A DNA stretch of 64,000 nt from contig CAZXFW010000002.1 in the NCBI GenBank assembly GCA_964640175.1, positions 198,257 to 262,256 on the forward strand, in the 5' to 3' direction. This stretch comes from an uncultured Polyangiales bacterium (GTDB lineage Bacteria; Myxococcota_A; Polyangia; Polyangiales; GCA-016699535). The first letter of the stretch is position 1, and each line of letters begins with the position of its first letter. This document shows, one piece after another, positions 1 to 9,718 of this stretch. Both the position numbers and the translations under genes were made by a program. Under the pieces are notes generated by a model, which was not told the DNA's origin, did no database searches, and saw only the letters and a list, made by a program, of their open reading frames with translations.

Positions 1-452
1 ACAGCTTGCTTCATGCCTCACTGCATGAGGCCATGCATTCCTTCATTATTGACGGGCGCTCCGCTCAAGACATCAAGCGTATCATTGAAGTCTGGAAACC
101 AAACTGGAATACGGTGATCACACGTGCCAAACAATGGCAGATGACGTTAGCACTATACATTAGCCTTCATGCGAGCATCCGCCAATGGGGGACCATCATT
201 CCTTCTGAAGTCATGGCCGAACTACGTCCCGGCAAAATGCGTCACATGGTGTTAGGCCTGCTTCTCGACATGGAACACACAGGGAGAGCGCGCCCACAGA
301 AAGCCACACGTGCGTGGCAATTGCTCAGCATGCTTGCCACCGAAGCGCCTCTGAATCTCGCGCGGTTTGGAGCCTATTACGGACACCTTCGAGCACGGGA
401 TATGCTGCTTAAAAGACGCGGCCACTCGAAACCAACTTGGGAGGAATCATGA
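1..452 (+). CDS. hypothetical protein, 3' part (frame open to window edge)
   Basis: ORF track 6..452. The frame stays open back to base 1. Its TGA stop overlaps the ATG of the next gene (ATGA at 449-452). I recognise no motif. Confidence 0.4.
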   Translation, partial: SLLHASLHEAMHSFIIDGRSAQDIKRIIEVWKPNWNTVITRAKQWQMTLALYISLHASIRQWGTIIPSEVMAELRPGKMRHMVLGLLLDMEHTGRARPQKATRAWQLLSMLATEAPLNLARFGAYYGHLRARDMLLKRRGHSKPTWEES

Positions 453-1327
453 CACACACCGCAAGCACCTTGTGGGCTCTATTGGGCAACTCTCAACGAC
501 TGGATGGCGGAGCGATGTTTGGAAATGTCCCCAAAGCCATGTGGTCGCGCTGGGTTGACTGTGATGAATACAATCGCATCGCACTAAACTGCAGAGCCTT
601 ACTCATTCGAGAACCCAACGGCCGCCATGTGTTGCTTGAAACAGGCATTGGTGCTTTTTTTTCACCCAAACTTAAGGATCGCTTTGGGGTCGTTGAAGAA
701 GAGCATGTCTTATTAAATAGCCTTTCAGCCCTTGGTCTGAGTGAAAGTAACATCGATGTGGTCGTATTATCTCATCTGCATTTTGACCACGCGGGAGGCT
801 TGTTAGCGCGTTGGGAACCTGACCAACCTGCACGCCTGTTATTTCCTCATGCACGCTTTGTCGTGAGCCGCATGGCATGGGAGCGTGCGTGCCAGCCTCA
901 CCGACGTGATCGGGCCTCGTTTATCGCAGAGCTGCCAGAGCTGCTGACGCGATCAGGAAGGCTGGATTTGGTAGACACTCCAGAAAGTTCGTTATTGGGC
1001 AGCGGCTACACCTTCCACCTCACTCACGGCCATACGCCTGGGCTACTTCTTACCGAGCTTGCCAGCGATCAAGGCCCCATCGTGTTCGCCAGCGATTTGA
1101 TCCCCGGCCAAGCGTGGGTGCATTTGCCTATCACGATGGGCTACGATCGTTATCCCGAATTGCTCATCGACGAAAAACAAAAGTTGCTAAGCTACTTATC
1201 AGAGCGCCAGGGAAGACTATTTTTCACACACGACACTCACGTCGCTTTGGCCCGCATTCAACGGGACGATAGCGGAAACTACGTATGTAGCGAGACGTGG
1301 AACACCCTTAACGGCATGCCGCTTTGA
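449..1327 (+). CDS. MBL-fold metallo-hydrolase
   Basis: HLHFDHAGG (HxHxDH) zinc motif and a later HGHTPG. ATG 449 is preceded by GGAGG; the ORF-track start at 437 is a TTG. Confidence 0.8.
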   Translation: MTHTASTLWALLGNSQRLDGGAMFGNVPKAMWSRWVDCDEYNRIALNCRALLIREPNGRHVLLETGIGAFFSPKLKDRFGVVEEEHVLLNSLSALGLSESNIDVVVLSHLHFDHAGGLLARWEPDQPARLLFPHARFVVSRMAWERACQPHRRDRASFIAELPELLTRSGRLDLVDTPESSLLGSGYTFHLTHGHTPGLLLTELASDQGPIVFASDLIPGQAWVHLPITMGYDRYPELLIDEKQKLLSYLSERQGRLFFTHDTHVALARIQRDDSGNYVCSETWNTLNGMPL

Positions 1328-1355
1328 GGAAAGCCCCGAGGCTGCTCCTCAAAGC
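1321..1355. terminator. bidirectional hairpin between convergent genes
   Basis: GCTTTGAGGA (1321-1330) is the exact reverse complement of TCCTCAAAGC (1346-1355). An inner AGCC/GGCT stem carries a CCGA loop. The hairpin spans the stop codons of both convergent genes. There is no strong U-tract. Confidence 0.45.
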
Positions 1356-2458
1356 TAATCGCTATCCGGCTCGGTTGCCGCAGGTGCAGCCGAATCTTCT
1401 GCGGGAGGTGGAGCTGGTTCTTCCGCTACAGGCGGGGCTGGTGTAACGACAGGCTGAACTGCTTTGCAGCGAGCAACAGCATCGCTGACAGCCTTGGCCG
1501 TTTGCGCCTCACAATCGGCCACTGGCTCTTCTTTAACCGGTTCTTCAAAGTCCATGGCGTACATCAAGTTCATCGTGGTGATGGTATCTAGTTTCTCTGC
1601 ACCGGGCACCGGCTGATTATCGTAACGCAGCGCAAACCGCACGCCTGCCTGAAAGCTATCCATCAATTTAGACGTTAGCTGAGCACTCCAGGCAACACGA
1701 ACGTCCTTGGAGCGTTCAACGTTAAACAGACCTTCCACCCCGGTAAGAAACGTCACCATTTCGTTGATGTGGTTGTCATATCCTAGAAAAGCACGAACCG
1801 AGTGGTTGGTTTGGTCAGCGCCGTTGGTCCAATTGTCGTACGTAAGGTCGTAACCGATTTCACCCCAGCCCCGGTGAGCACCTTCCACGTTAAAGAAGTT
1901 TCGCATGTAACCAATTTGGTTCTGCAAACGGAAATCCAATCCTGCAAACGTATCCCATAAGGGTGCCATCGCAGCGAAGATTGCATCGTCTTGCGTGAGG
2001 AACAAATCATACCGTGCCAAGCCACCCAAACGTCGCGTGTTTAGATCGTAATCGTTGAATTCGTTGAGGTTGCCATCGCCGTCTGCATCATTTTCGTCTC
2101 GTAAACTTGCGATACCATAGATAAATTGCGCTTCGAGTGTCAGTTGGTGCCGATCGCGCTTGAGACTGAACCGAGAGCCCACGTTGGCGGCAAAGGAACG
2201 TGCGTTACCTGTATTAAGTGTTGCACCGCCTGACAGAACAAACAGCGTTTCTCTGTAAAATTCGGCGGGAGGAACCGTGATTCCCTGAGCATGCTCAGCG
2301 ATAGGTTTTTCTGCCACCGTGGTAGCTGGCGCAGGGGCAGCCGTTGGAGCAACGGCATCCTGTGCATGGGCATCGGAACTTAGACTGCCCACACCAAGGC
2401 TTGCCACTAGGCTCAAAAAGATGGCGTGAAAACAACAAACACTTCGGTGACTATTCAT
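1355..2458 (-). CDS. outer-membrane beta-barrel protein, DUF481/YdiY-like
   Basis: Signal peptide (LSLVASLGVGSLSSDAHA), alternating beta-strand pattern, C-terminal RYDNQPVPGAEKLDT..MNLMYAM resembling DUF481, then a Pro/Ala-rich tail. Confidence 0.55.
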   Translation of the reverse strand: MNSHRSVCCFHAIFLSLVASLGVGSLSSDAHAQDAVAPTAAPAPATTVAEKPIAEHAQGITVPPAEFYRETLFVLSGGATLNTGNARSFAANVGSRFSLKRDRHQLTLEAQFIYGIASLRDENDADGDGNLNEFNDYDLNTRRLGGLARYDLFLTQDDAIFAAMAPLWDTFAGLDFRLQNQIGYMRNFFNVEGAHRGWGEIGYDLTYDNWTNGADQTNHSVRAFLGYDNHINEMVTFLTGVEGLFNVERSKDVRVAWSAQLTSKLMDSFQAGVRFALRYDNQPVPGAEKLDTITTMNLMYAMDFEEPVKEEPVADCEAQTAKAVSDAVARCKAVQPVVTPAPPVAEEPAPPPAEDSAAPAATEPDSD

Positions 2459-2586
2459 GGTTTTAGGCTCGCTATGACAACGTTGAGGGGCGCAATCTAG
2501 ATTGGGTAAAGAGAAAAAGTCAACCAGCTCCTAGGCAAGGTCATCTTGAGGGTGACAAGGGACACCAAGAGCGCTAAAGAGCTTCC

Positions 2587-2889
2587 ATGGTTTATTGGTT
2601 AGAATCGTGTGCCTATTTTAGCCTCATCGCATGGTGCATGGTTATGGGATGCGCCGAAACCTCGCACGAGCCACAAGCGCAACCTGCGAAAACCATTGGG
2701 CTTACTGAAGAACAAGCCAGTGAAGTTATTAAACGCGCACCAAGCAATTCCAAGGAGCCTCAAGCTTCGAAGCCGCAGGTCAACCCCAACACTGAAGCTT
2801 CAAAACCACCTGCCAAAGCGCCCGAAACAACACTTCCTCATCGGCAAGCGCTGAAGAAAATTGTCCGTGAAGTTGGAGGAAGCCATTAA
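2587..2889 (+). CDS. small Pro/Lys-rich putative lipoprotein
   Basis: Possible lipobox VMGC followed by a low-complexity PKA-rich tail. Its stop overlaps the purF start (TAATG). Confidence 0.35.
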   Translation: MVYWLESCAYFSLIAWCMVMGCAETSHEPQAQPAKTIGLTEEQASEVIKRAPSNSKEPQASKPQVNPNTEASKPPAKAPETTLPHRQALKKIVREVGGSH

Positions 2890-4310
2890 TGTCACTAAGC
2901 CATCGAGAACCGGGAGATGGCTTTCACGATGAGTGCGGCGTGTTTGGCATCTACAGTGCCTCTGAGGCCAGCAAGTTAGCATGCCTGGGATTACATGCGT
3001 TGCAACACCGTGGCCAAGAAAGCGCTGGCATCGCTAGCACCGATGGCGAGCAGCTTTACATCCATCGGGCCCTTGGGCTGGTCAATGATGTTTTTACAGG
3101 AGACACGCTTTCCCATCTTCCAGGGAATTGCGCCATCGGCCATGTACGCTACTCCACCGCAGGTGGAAGTCATGTCAAAAACGCTCAACCGGTAGCGGTT
3201 GATTATGCCCATGGATCGATTGCCCTGGCACACAATGGCAATCTTACCAATGCTGAAGCACTGCGTTCAGAGTTGGAACATGCGGGATCAATCTTTCGCT
3301 CAACAGGAGATACCGAAGTCGTCGTGCATTTGATTGCTCGTTCGCGGGGACAAACCAACGTGGATCGCATTGCCGATGCGTTGCAGCAAATACAAGGCGC
3401 TTATTCCATGGTGATCCTCACACCTACGGAACTTGTGGCGGTGCGAGACCCGCATGGATTTCGGCCTCTTTGCTTAGGTAAACTCAATGGAGCGTACGTC
3501 TTTGCTTCAGAGCCGCCAGCGTTTGAGTTGATTGCTGCAGAGTATTTGCGTGATGTCGAGCCTGGCGAAATGATCGTCATTAACAAGCAAGGCATGCAAA
3601 GCCTGCGCCCTTTCCCCAAAGCCAGTGAACACATGTGTATCTTCGAATATGTGTACTTTGCCAGGCCCGACTCTGCTCTGGAGGGAATCAGTGTCTATCA
3701 AGCACGAAAGCGCCTCGGTCAAGCATTGGCACACGAATGCCCCGCGGATGCCGATGTCGTGATTCCTGTCCCAGACAGCGGACTGCCTGCTGCACTGGGC
3801 TACGCCGAAGCAGCGCAGTTGCCTTTCGAGCTTGGGCTGATTCGCAGTCACTACGTTGGACGCACCTTCATCGAACCGCAGCAATCGATTCGCCTTTTTG
3901 GAGTGCGTCTCAAGCTCAGCCCGATGCGTTCGGTCCTCAATAAAAAACGTGTTGTCGTCGTGGATGATTCGATCGTACGGGGCACGACGAGTCGAAAAAT
4001 CGTGCGAATGATCCGGGAGGCAGGAGCGCGAGAGGTTCACCTTCGGATCAGCTCACCACCGACACGCTGGCCTTGTTACTATGGGATTGATACCCCTCGG
4101 CAAGATGAGCTGATTGCCGCGCAACATAGTTCGGAAGAAGTGGCAAAGTACATTACTGCAGACTCCCTCGGCTATCTCAGCATCGCAGGATTGCATAGCG
4201 CTGTAGGCAACCGAGGATTTTGTGACGCGTGCTTTACCGGGGAGTACCCAGTGCCCCTACAGCACCCTAACCCCACACATAAGCGCCAGCTTAAACTCGT
4301 GGGTGTATAG
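2889..4310 (+). CDS. purF: amidophosphoribosyltransferase
   Basis: N-terminal nucleophile context ECGVFGIY, PRTase motif [14 protein letters not shown]-terminal Fe-S cysteines ([16 protein letters not shown]). Confidence 0.95.
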   Translation: MSLSHREPGDGFHDECGVFGIYSASEASKLACLGLHALQHRGQESAGIASTDGEQLYIHRALGLVNDVFTGDTLSHLPGNCAIGHVRYSTAGGSHVKNAQPVAVDYAHGSIALAHNGNLTNAEALRSELEHAGSIFRSTGDTEVVVHLIARSRGQTNVDRIADALQQIQGAYSMVILTPTELVAVRDPHGFRPLCLGKLNGAYVFASEPPAFELIAAEYLRDVEPGEMIVINKQGMQSLRPFPKASEHMCIFEYVYFARPDSALEGISVYQARKRLGQALAHECPADADVVIPVPDSGLPAALGYAEAAQLPFELGLIRSHYVGRTFIEPQQSIRLFGVRLKLSPMRSVLNKKRVVVVDDSIVRGTTSRKIVRMIREAGAREVHLRISSPPTRWPCYYGIDTPRQDELIAAQHSSEEVAKYITADSLGYLSIAGLHSAVGNRGFCDACFTGEYPVPLQHPNPTHKRQLKLVGV

Positions 4311-4363
4311 TGTCGGGATTCAACTAATTACTCAGATAAACCAAGCCATGGTAGGGTTGTTTG

Positions 4364-5080
4364 ATGAGCATTCAGGGGGCTGGCACGCAACATTCCCCTC
4401 GACGTCGCCGGTACGATCGGCCGTGGAGCTTGTGGGTGTTTGGGCTTGCGCTGCTTGTCTCGCCCATCGCTAATTACATAGCCATTGCTCGCTACTACGG
4501 CTTATCTGTCACAGCCGTTGGCGAAGTTTTTAGTCACCTTTCATTTATCAGCAAGCTTTTGATTACGTTACCTGTGCCATTGGCTATCGGCATTCTCCTT
4601 GTTCGCCGTTGGGCTTGGTGGTTGTTTCTCGTGTACGCCCCGCTCTTGGTGCTGCACAATCTGTACGCCATCTACGTCAATCCTTCGTCCTTCAACACGC
4701 AAGCACTTGGGGGTGCCTTGTTTGGCACTTCACTCATGATCTACTTCTTGCGCCGTGATGTGTTTGCGCCTTTCTTGCATACAGGCAAGCGTGGTTGGCG
4801 CCGTGCTTCGCGCAAAGCGCTGACGATCGACGTGCACGTCAGCGGTGTCACATTGAAATCCCGAGACGTCAGTCTAAGCGGCGTGTTTGTGGAGTGGCCA
4901 GACTGTCCACATACCGTTAACACTGGAGTCACCGTCGTACTTCAATTTCCTTCCGGCCCTCTGGAACTCAACGCTGGCATCGTGCATGTAAGTGCGCACG
5001 GAGCAGGCCTTGCGTTTCGCGCAATGAACAAAGAAGCCAAGCAAAAACTCCAACACGCGCTGGATAACGCCGAACGTTAA
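4364..5080 (+). CDS. membrane protein with C-terminal PilZ domain
   Basis: About four hydrophobic helices, then the PilZ signature RRASR ... DVSLSG. ATG at 4364 lies just after the TTG at 4361. Confidence 0.6.
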   Translation: MSIQGAGTQHSPRRRRYDRPWSLWVFGLALLVSPIANYIAIARYYGLSVTAVGEVFSHLSFISKLLITLPVPLAIGILLVRRWAWWLFLVYAPLLVLHNLYAIYVNPSSFNTQALGGALFGTSLMIYFLRRDVFAPFLHTGKRGWRRASRKALTIDVHVSGVTLKSRDVSLSGVFVEWPDCPHTVNTGVTVVLQFPSGPLELNAGIVHVSAHGAGLAFRAMNKEAKQKLQHALDNAER

Positions 5081-5104
5081 CATCACCGCTTCAAGGAAAC
5101 GTGC

Positions 5105-6826
5105 TCAGATCTCCGGCCGGTCGGAATGGGTACCAAACACCTCTCGCAACACGTCGCAAAGCTCTTGTTCCGTGCAATAGGCCTTGGCCGCCTCGATCAT
5201 GACAGGCATCAGATTTGTGCCATTAAGAGCAGCTTGACGCACCGCGTCAATCGCCCGTTGGACGGCTGCTTGGTCCCGCGTGCGTTTGAGCTCCGTCAAT
5301 GAGCGTACCTGAGCTTGTTGAGCTTCTTCATCAATCTTGAGAGTGGGAATTTTGTCTTTGTGACCGTGCCGATATTTATTAACGCCGACGCTAATTTTTT
5401 CGTTAGCCTCCACTTGGCGTTGCCGGCGATAGGCACTGGCCGCGATCTCTCGCTGAGGGTATCCACGTTCAACGGCTTCTAACATGCCGCCCATGGCATC
5501 GATCTTTTGAATATACTCAGTCGCCTGTGCTTCAAGCTGATCGGTAAGCCACTCGATGTAATAGCTGCCGCCCAACGGATCGATCGTTTGTGCCACGCCT
5601 GTCTCATACGCAATCAGTTGTTGTGTTCTCAATGCCAGTGTCACAGACTCTTGGGTAGGCAGGGCATAGGTTTCATCGTATGCGTTCGTGTGCAGTGACT
5701 GTACACCTCCCATGACCGCAGCAAGTGCCTGCATGGCCACACGCGCTATGTTGTTGAAAGGCTGTTGCGCAGTTAACGAGACACCTGCTGTTTGAGCATG
5801 GGTACGCTGCCGTAGCGATCGCGGATCAGTGGCCCCGAACCGATGCTTCATGATTTTAGCCCACATACGCCGTGCAGCGCGAAACTTGGCAATCTCCTCA
5901 AGGAAATCACTGTGCACATCAAAGAAAAAACTTAAACGCGGCGCGAAACTATCCACGGCCAGCCCGCGTTCCACACAGGCATCGACGTACGCGATTCCAT
6001 CTGCCAATGTAAAGCCAAGCTCCTGAACCGCTGTCGCACCCGCTTCGCGAATGTGGTAGCCGCTAATACTTACTGGATGCCACCGAGGCAATTCTTCGGC
6101 GGAAAATTCGATCATGTCAGTGACAATGCGCATGGCAGGCCGCGGCGGTACCACCCAGGCATGTTGTGCAATGAATTCCTTTAAACAATCGTTTTGAATC
6201 GTGCCGCCAAGCGCTGTTCGGGGAATTCCACGCTGGTCCGCAAGTGCAACGTAAAAAGCCAAAAGTACAATGGCAGGGCCATTGATGGTCATCGACGTCG
6301 TAACCTGATCCAAAGGAATGCCATCGAACAGCACTTCCATGTCTTTGAGGGTGTCTATGGCTACACCACACATTCCCACTTCGCCAAGTGCCCGTGACGA
6401 GTCGCTGTCGTAACCCATCAGCGTAGGGAAATCGAACGCCGTGCTTAATCCTGTTTGTCCATGCTCGAGTAAGTAACGAAAGCGTGCGTTGGTTTGCTCA
6501 GCCGTACCAAACCCTGCAAACATGCGCATGGTCCATAAACGCCCCCGATGCATGGTGGGGTAGACGCCTCGCGTGAACGGATACTGCCCAGGAAAGCCAA
6601 GCGATGAGAGATAATCGCTTGACACATCCAACGGGGTTGCAAGATCAGGCACGGGGATCCCACTCATGGTGGTTGGAATCGGAGCCTCGGCCGATGCTGT
6701 GCCAGAAACATCGTGGTGAAAGGTTCTACGCCAGGCATCCCGCTCTTTGCGGAGCTGAGCAAGTGTCGCTACATCCAACCCGTGCTCTTGCCCTTCTGCG
6801 GTAAACCGTTCTTTCGTCAAAACCAC
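5105..6826 (-). CDS. methylmalonyl-CoA mutase family protein, catalytic (TIM-barrel) subunit only
   Basis: 573 aa with typical mutase blocks ([32 protein letters not shown]). The protein ends before any B12-binding DxHxxG domain. Confidence 0.9.
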   Translation of the reverse strand: MVLTKERFTAEGQEHGLDVATLAQLRKERDAWRRTFHHDVSGTASAEAPIPTTMSGIPVPDLATPLDVSSDYLSSLGFPGQYPFTRGVYPTMHRGRLWTMRMFAGFGTAEQTNARFRYLLEHGQTGLSTAFDFPTLMGYDSDSSRALGEVGMCGVAIDTLKDMEVLFDGIPLDQVTTSMTINGPAIVLLAFYVALADQRGIPRTALGGTIQNDCLKEFIAQHAWVVPPRPAMRIVTDMIEFSAEELPRWHPVSISGYHIREAGATAVQELGFTLADGIAYVDACVERGLAVDSFAPRLSFFFDVHSDFLEEIAKFRAARRMWAKIMKHRFGATDPRSLRQRTHAQTAGVSLTAQQPFNNIARVAMQALAAVMGGVQSLHTNAYDETYALPTQESVTLALRTQQLIAYETGVAQTIDPLGGSYYIEWLTDQLEAQATEYIQKIDAMGGMLEAVERGYPQREIAASAYRRQRQVEANEKISVGVNKYRHGHKDKIPTLKIDEEAQQAQVRSLTELKRTRDQAAVQRAIDAVRQAALNGTNLMPVMIEAAKAYCTEQELCDVLREVFGTHSDRPEI

Positions 6827-6827
6827 C

Positions 6828-7352
6828 TCAGTTCAGAGAATGAATATCCGAATGTAGCGGTACGACATTACCACCTAACACTTGCAAGATGCCTTCTACT
6901 TCCATGGATACTTCAAGCTCGGGACGTGTGTTGAGAAATCGCTGCAGGTAATCACGGGCCTCTGCTTGATCGCCTCGCGCAAAATGCACTAGGCCCAGCA
7001 AGTGTAATGCATCGGGATCTTCCAGCTCTTGACTGAGCACTTGCTTACCCACCCGGATGGCTTCTTCGTAACGCCCCAGCATACGCAATGTATGCCCAAG
7101 CCCGAGCATGGCACCTAGATAGCCAGGGGCAAGCTCGACGGCTTTAAGATAGGCTTTCATCGCTTGAACAAACTCACCCTGTTCGAAGTAAGCCACACCT
7201 AAATAATAATAGCCGTATTCATTCTCAGCGTCTTTTTCAAGCACACGCAAGAGCTCGGCCATCGCAGCATCGCGCTCGCCCTCGCGCAAAAGTTCCACAG
7301 CTTCTTGCACAGCGTCCCATCGAGCTTCAGGGGGTATATACGATTCAGCCAT
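6828..7352 (-). CDS. TPR-repeat protein
   Basis: Repeated 34-residue A/Y/G patterns ([35 protein letters not shown]). It sits 1 nt upstream of the mutase gene. Confidence 0.7.
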   Translation of the reverse strand: MAESYIPPEARWDAVQEAVELLREGERDAAMAELLRVLEKDAENEYGYYYLGVAYFEQGEFVQAMKAYLKAVELAPGYLGAMLGLGHTLRMLGRYEEAIRVGKQVLSQELEDPDALHLLGLVHFARGDQAEARDYLQRFLNTRPELEVSMEVEGILQVLGGNVVPLHSDIHSLN

Positions 7353-7379
7353 ACGTACAGCATAGCATAAGAATGCATT

Positions 7380-8519
7380 CTAGCGCAGCAGTGACCGAGC
7401 AATCACCAGCCGCTGAATCTCGCTGGTGCCCTCATAAATCTGCGTAGCCCGAACATCACGCAAATGCCGCTCCACGGGGTATTCCCGGCTATAGCCATAC
7501 CCTCCGTGAACTTGCACCGCACGATTGCAAATCCTCCAGGCAGCTTCCGAAGCATAGAGTTTTGCCATGGATGCCTCTTTGTTATACGGCAAGCCCGTTT
7601 CTTTGAGATGTGCGGCCCTATAGCCTAACAGCATCATGGCATCGAGCTCTTTTTTACTATCGGCAATCATCCACTGGATGGCCTGAAAATCAGCAAGCTT
7701 TTTACCAAACTGTGTGCGTTCCTTGGCATAGCGGCACATCGCTTGATAGGCAGCACGCGCGATTCCAAGGCATTGCGCCGCAATGTTGATCCTCCCACCA
7801 TCGAGTGCGGCCATCGCAATGCGAAAGCCGTCTCCCTCTTTTCCTAATAAACTTGCCTCGTCTACCGTGCATCCATCAAACGCCAAGGTAACTGTGTCGG
7901 AAGCACGCAGTCCCATCTTGTCCTCTTTCGAACCGACGACAAGCCCAGGATGGTTCGCCGGCACCAAAAAGCAACTGATTCCACGGTGAGCCGCCTCGGC
8001 CCCTGTCCGCGCCCAAACCACAAACACCCCCGCCGTCGTTCCGTTGCTAATCCACTGCTTGTTGCCGTTAATCTGCCAGTGCCCATTGTGTTTGTGTGCC
8101 ACTGTTGTCATCGCTGCAGGATCGCTTCCTGCACCCGGCTCGCTAAGTGCAAACGCTGCCGTAAGATACGCCCCTGAAGCAATCCGAGAAACGTGCATGG
8201 CTTTTTGAGCTTCGGTTCCAAAATTGACGATAATCTCAGCAACCATGTTGGTAACAGCCATCATGACAGCCGTCGATGCACAACCGCTTGAAACCTCCGC
8301 CAACGCCAATGCCAATGAGAGAGCTCCTGCTTCGGAACCGCCCAGGGCTTCAGGAACCGTCACGCCCATCAAACCCAATCGCGCCATAGCGTTAAGCACT
8401 TCGGCGGGGACCTGCTCGGCCGCTTCAAACTGGGCCGAACATGGGCTCAGTCGACGCTCGGAAAATTCGCGAGCGCTTCGCTGAATCAACTGCTGTGTTT
8501 CATTGAGCGAAACGTCCAT
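7380..8519 (-). CDS. acyl-CoA dehydrogenase
   Basis: ACAD blocks: LSEPGAGSD, QWISNG, C-terminal QVHGGYGYSREYPVERHLRDVRATQIYEGTSEIQ. Confidence 0.9.
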   Translation of the reverse strand: MDVSLNETQQLIQRSAREFSERRLSPCSAQFEAAEQVPAEVLNAMARLGLMGVTVPEALGGSEAGALSLALALAEVSSGCASTAVMMAVTNMVAEIIVNFGTEAQKAMHVSRIASGAYLTAAFALSEPGAGSDPAAMTTVAHKHNGHWQINGNKQWISNGTTAGVFVVWARTGAEAAHRGISCFLVPANHPGLVVGSKEDKMGLRASDTVTLAFDGCTVDEASLLGKEGDGFRIAMAALDGGRINIAAQCLGIARAAYQAMCRYAKERTQFGKKLADFQAIQWMIADSKKELDAMMLLGYRAAHLKETGLPYNKEASMAKLYASEAAWRICNRAVQVHGGYGYSREYPVERHLRDVRATQIYEGTSEIQRLVIARSLLR

Positions 8520-8521
8520 CG

Positions 8522-9664
8522 CTACTCACGCAACGCATGGCTGGCAATCACCACACGCATGATCTCACTGGTGCCTTCGTAAATCTCGGTGATGCGTGCA
8601 TCACGGTAATGGCGTTCCATGTCATAGTCTTTGGAATAGCCGTAGCCTCCGTGGATCTGCAAGGCTTTATGACATACACGGTTGGCCATTTCGGAAGCAA
8701 AAAGTTTTGCAACCGCGGACTCTGAGGTATGGCGCTTTCCTTGATCTTCAAGCCAGGCCGCACGGTGAACAAGAAGCCTTGCTGCATCAATTTCCACCGC
8801 CATGTCGGCCAACATGAACTGTATCGCTTGCTTCTGAGCGATGGGCTCCCCAAACGCGTTACGTTCTTTGGCATAATCTCGCGCTTTTTCAAAAGCGGCC
8901 CGCGCGATACCCACCGCTTGAGCTGCAATGCCAATACGCCCGGCATCCAACGTGGCCATCGCAATTTTGAATCCCTCCCCCTCTTTTCCCAGCTGGCACG
9001 CTTTGGGAATGCGGCAGTTATCGAAAAACACGGTACACGAATGCGCCGCATGAATACCAAGCTTGGCATCGGGCGCGTGGCGGCTAAAACCCGGAGTGTC
9101 TTTGGGAACTATAAACGCAGTGACGCCGCGTGCGCCAAGCTGACGATCGGTCGCCGCAAACATGACCATCACATCTGCATGAGGCCCATTGGTGATCCAA
9201 TTCTTGGATCCATTGATTCTCCAAGCATCGCCTTCTTGTTCCGCAACGGTTTCCATGTGGCTCGCATCCGAACCACTGGCAGGCTCCGTAAGCCCAAAAC
9301 ACCCGAGCAACACCCCTGCCGCCATCGGACGAAGGTACTGCTGCTTCTGATCCTCAGTGCCATAATGCAACAAAGGCGCACATGCCAACGAGTTATTAAC
9401 GGACATGATAACCCCCAGCGAAGCGCACGCAGCACTGATCTCTTCGATGGCCAACGCATAACTGACGTAGTCTGCGCCTACCCCTCCGTAAGCTTCCGGA
9501 ATGGCCACTCCCATCATCCCAAGCTCCCCAAGTCGCGTAACCAACGCGTGAGGCCAACGTGATTCAGCATCCAATGCACGTGCCACCGGGCTAACTTCAC
9601 GCTCTGCAAACTCGCGTGCAGTGTGTTGAATAAGCCGTTGCTCTTCACTCAAAGACATGTCCAT
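8522..9664 (-). CDS. acyl-CoA dehydrogenase (short/branched-chain-like)
   Basis: LTEPASGSD, NWITNG, QIHGGYGYSKDYDMERHYRDARITEIYEGTSEI. Paralogue of the adjacent gene. Confidence 0.9.
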   Translation of the reverse strand: MDMSLSEEQRLIQHTAREFAEREVSPVARALDAESRWPHALVTRLGELGMMGVAIPEAYGGVGADYVSYALAIEEISAACASLGVIMSVNNSLACAPLLHYGTEDQKQQYLRPMAAGVLLGCFGLTEPASGSDASHMETVAEQEGDAWRINGSKNWITNGPHADVMVMFAATDRQLGARGVTAFIVPKDTPGFSRHAPDAKLGIHAAHSCTVFFDNCRIPKACQLGKEGEGFKIAMATLDAGRIGIAAQAVGIARAAFEKARDYAKERNAFGEPIAQKQAIQFMLADMAVEIDAARLLVHRAAWLEDQGKRHTSESAVAKLFASEMANRVCHKALQIHGGYGYSKDYDMERHYRDARITEIYEGTSEIMRVVIASHALRE

Positions 9665-9718
9665 AAGCGTCAGTTACTCCTTAGCGTGATGCATAGTAAG
9701 CGTTGCATGTTCCACGCG

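Noticed and set aside
3507-4040. 177-aa minus-strand ORF inside purF
   Set aside because: It is a shadow ORF of purF with no motifs.
8729-9562. 277-aa plus-strand ORF inside the acyl-CoA dehydrogenase gene
   Set aside because: It is antisense to a gene with unmistakable ACAD motifs. Its Arg/Ser/Pro-rich composition is typical of shadow ORFs in GC-skewed codon usage.
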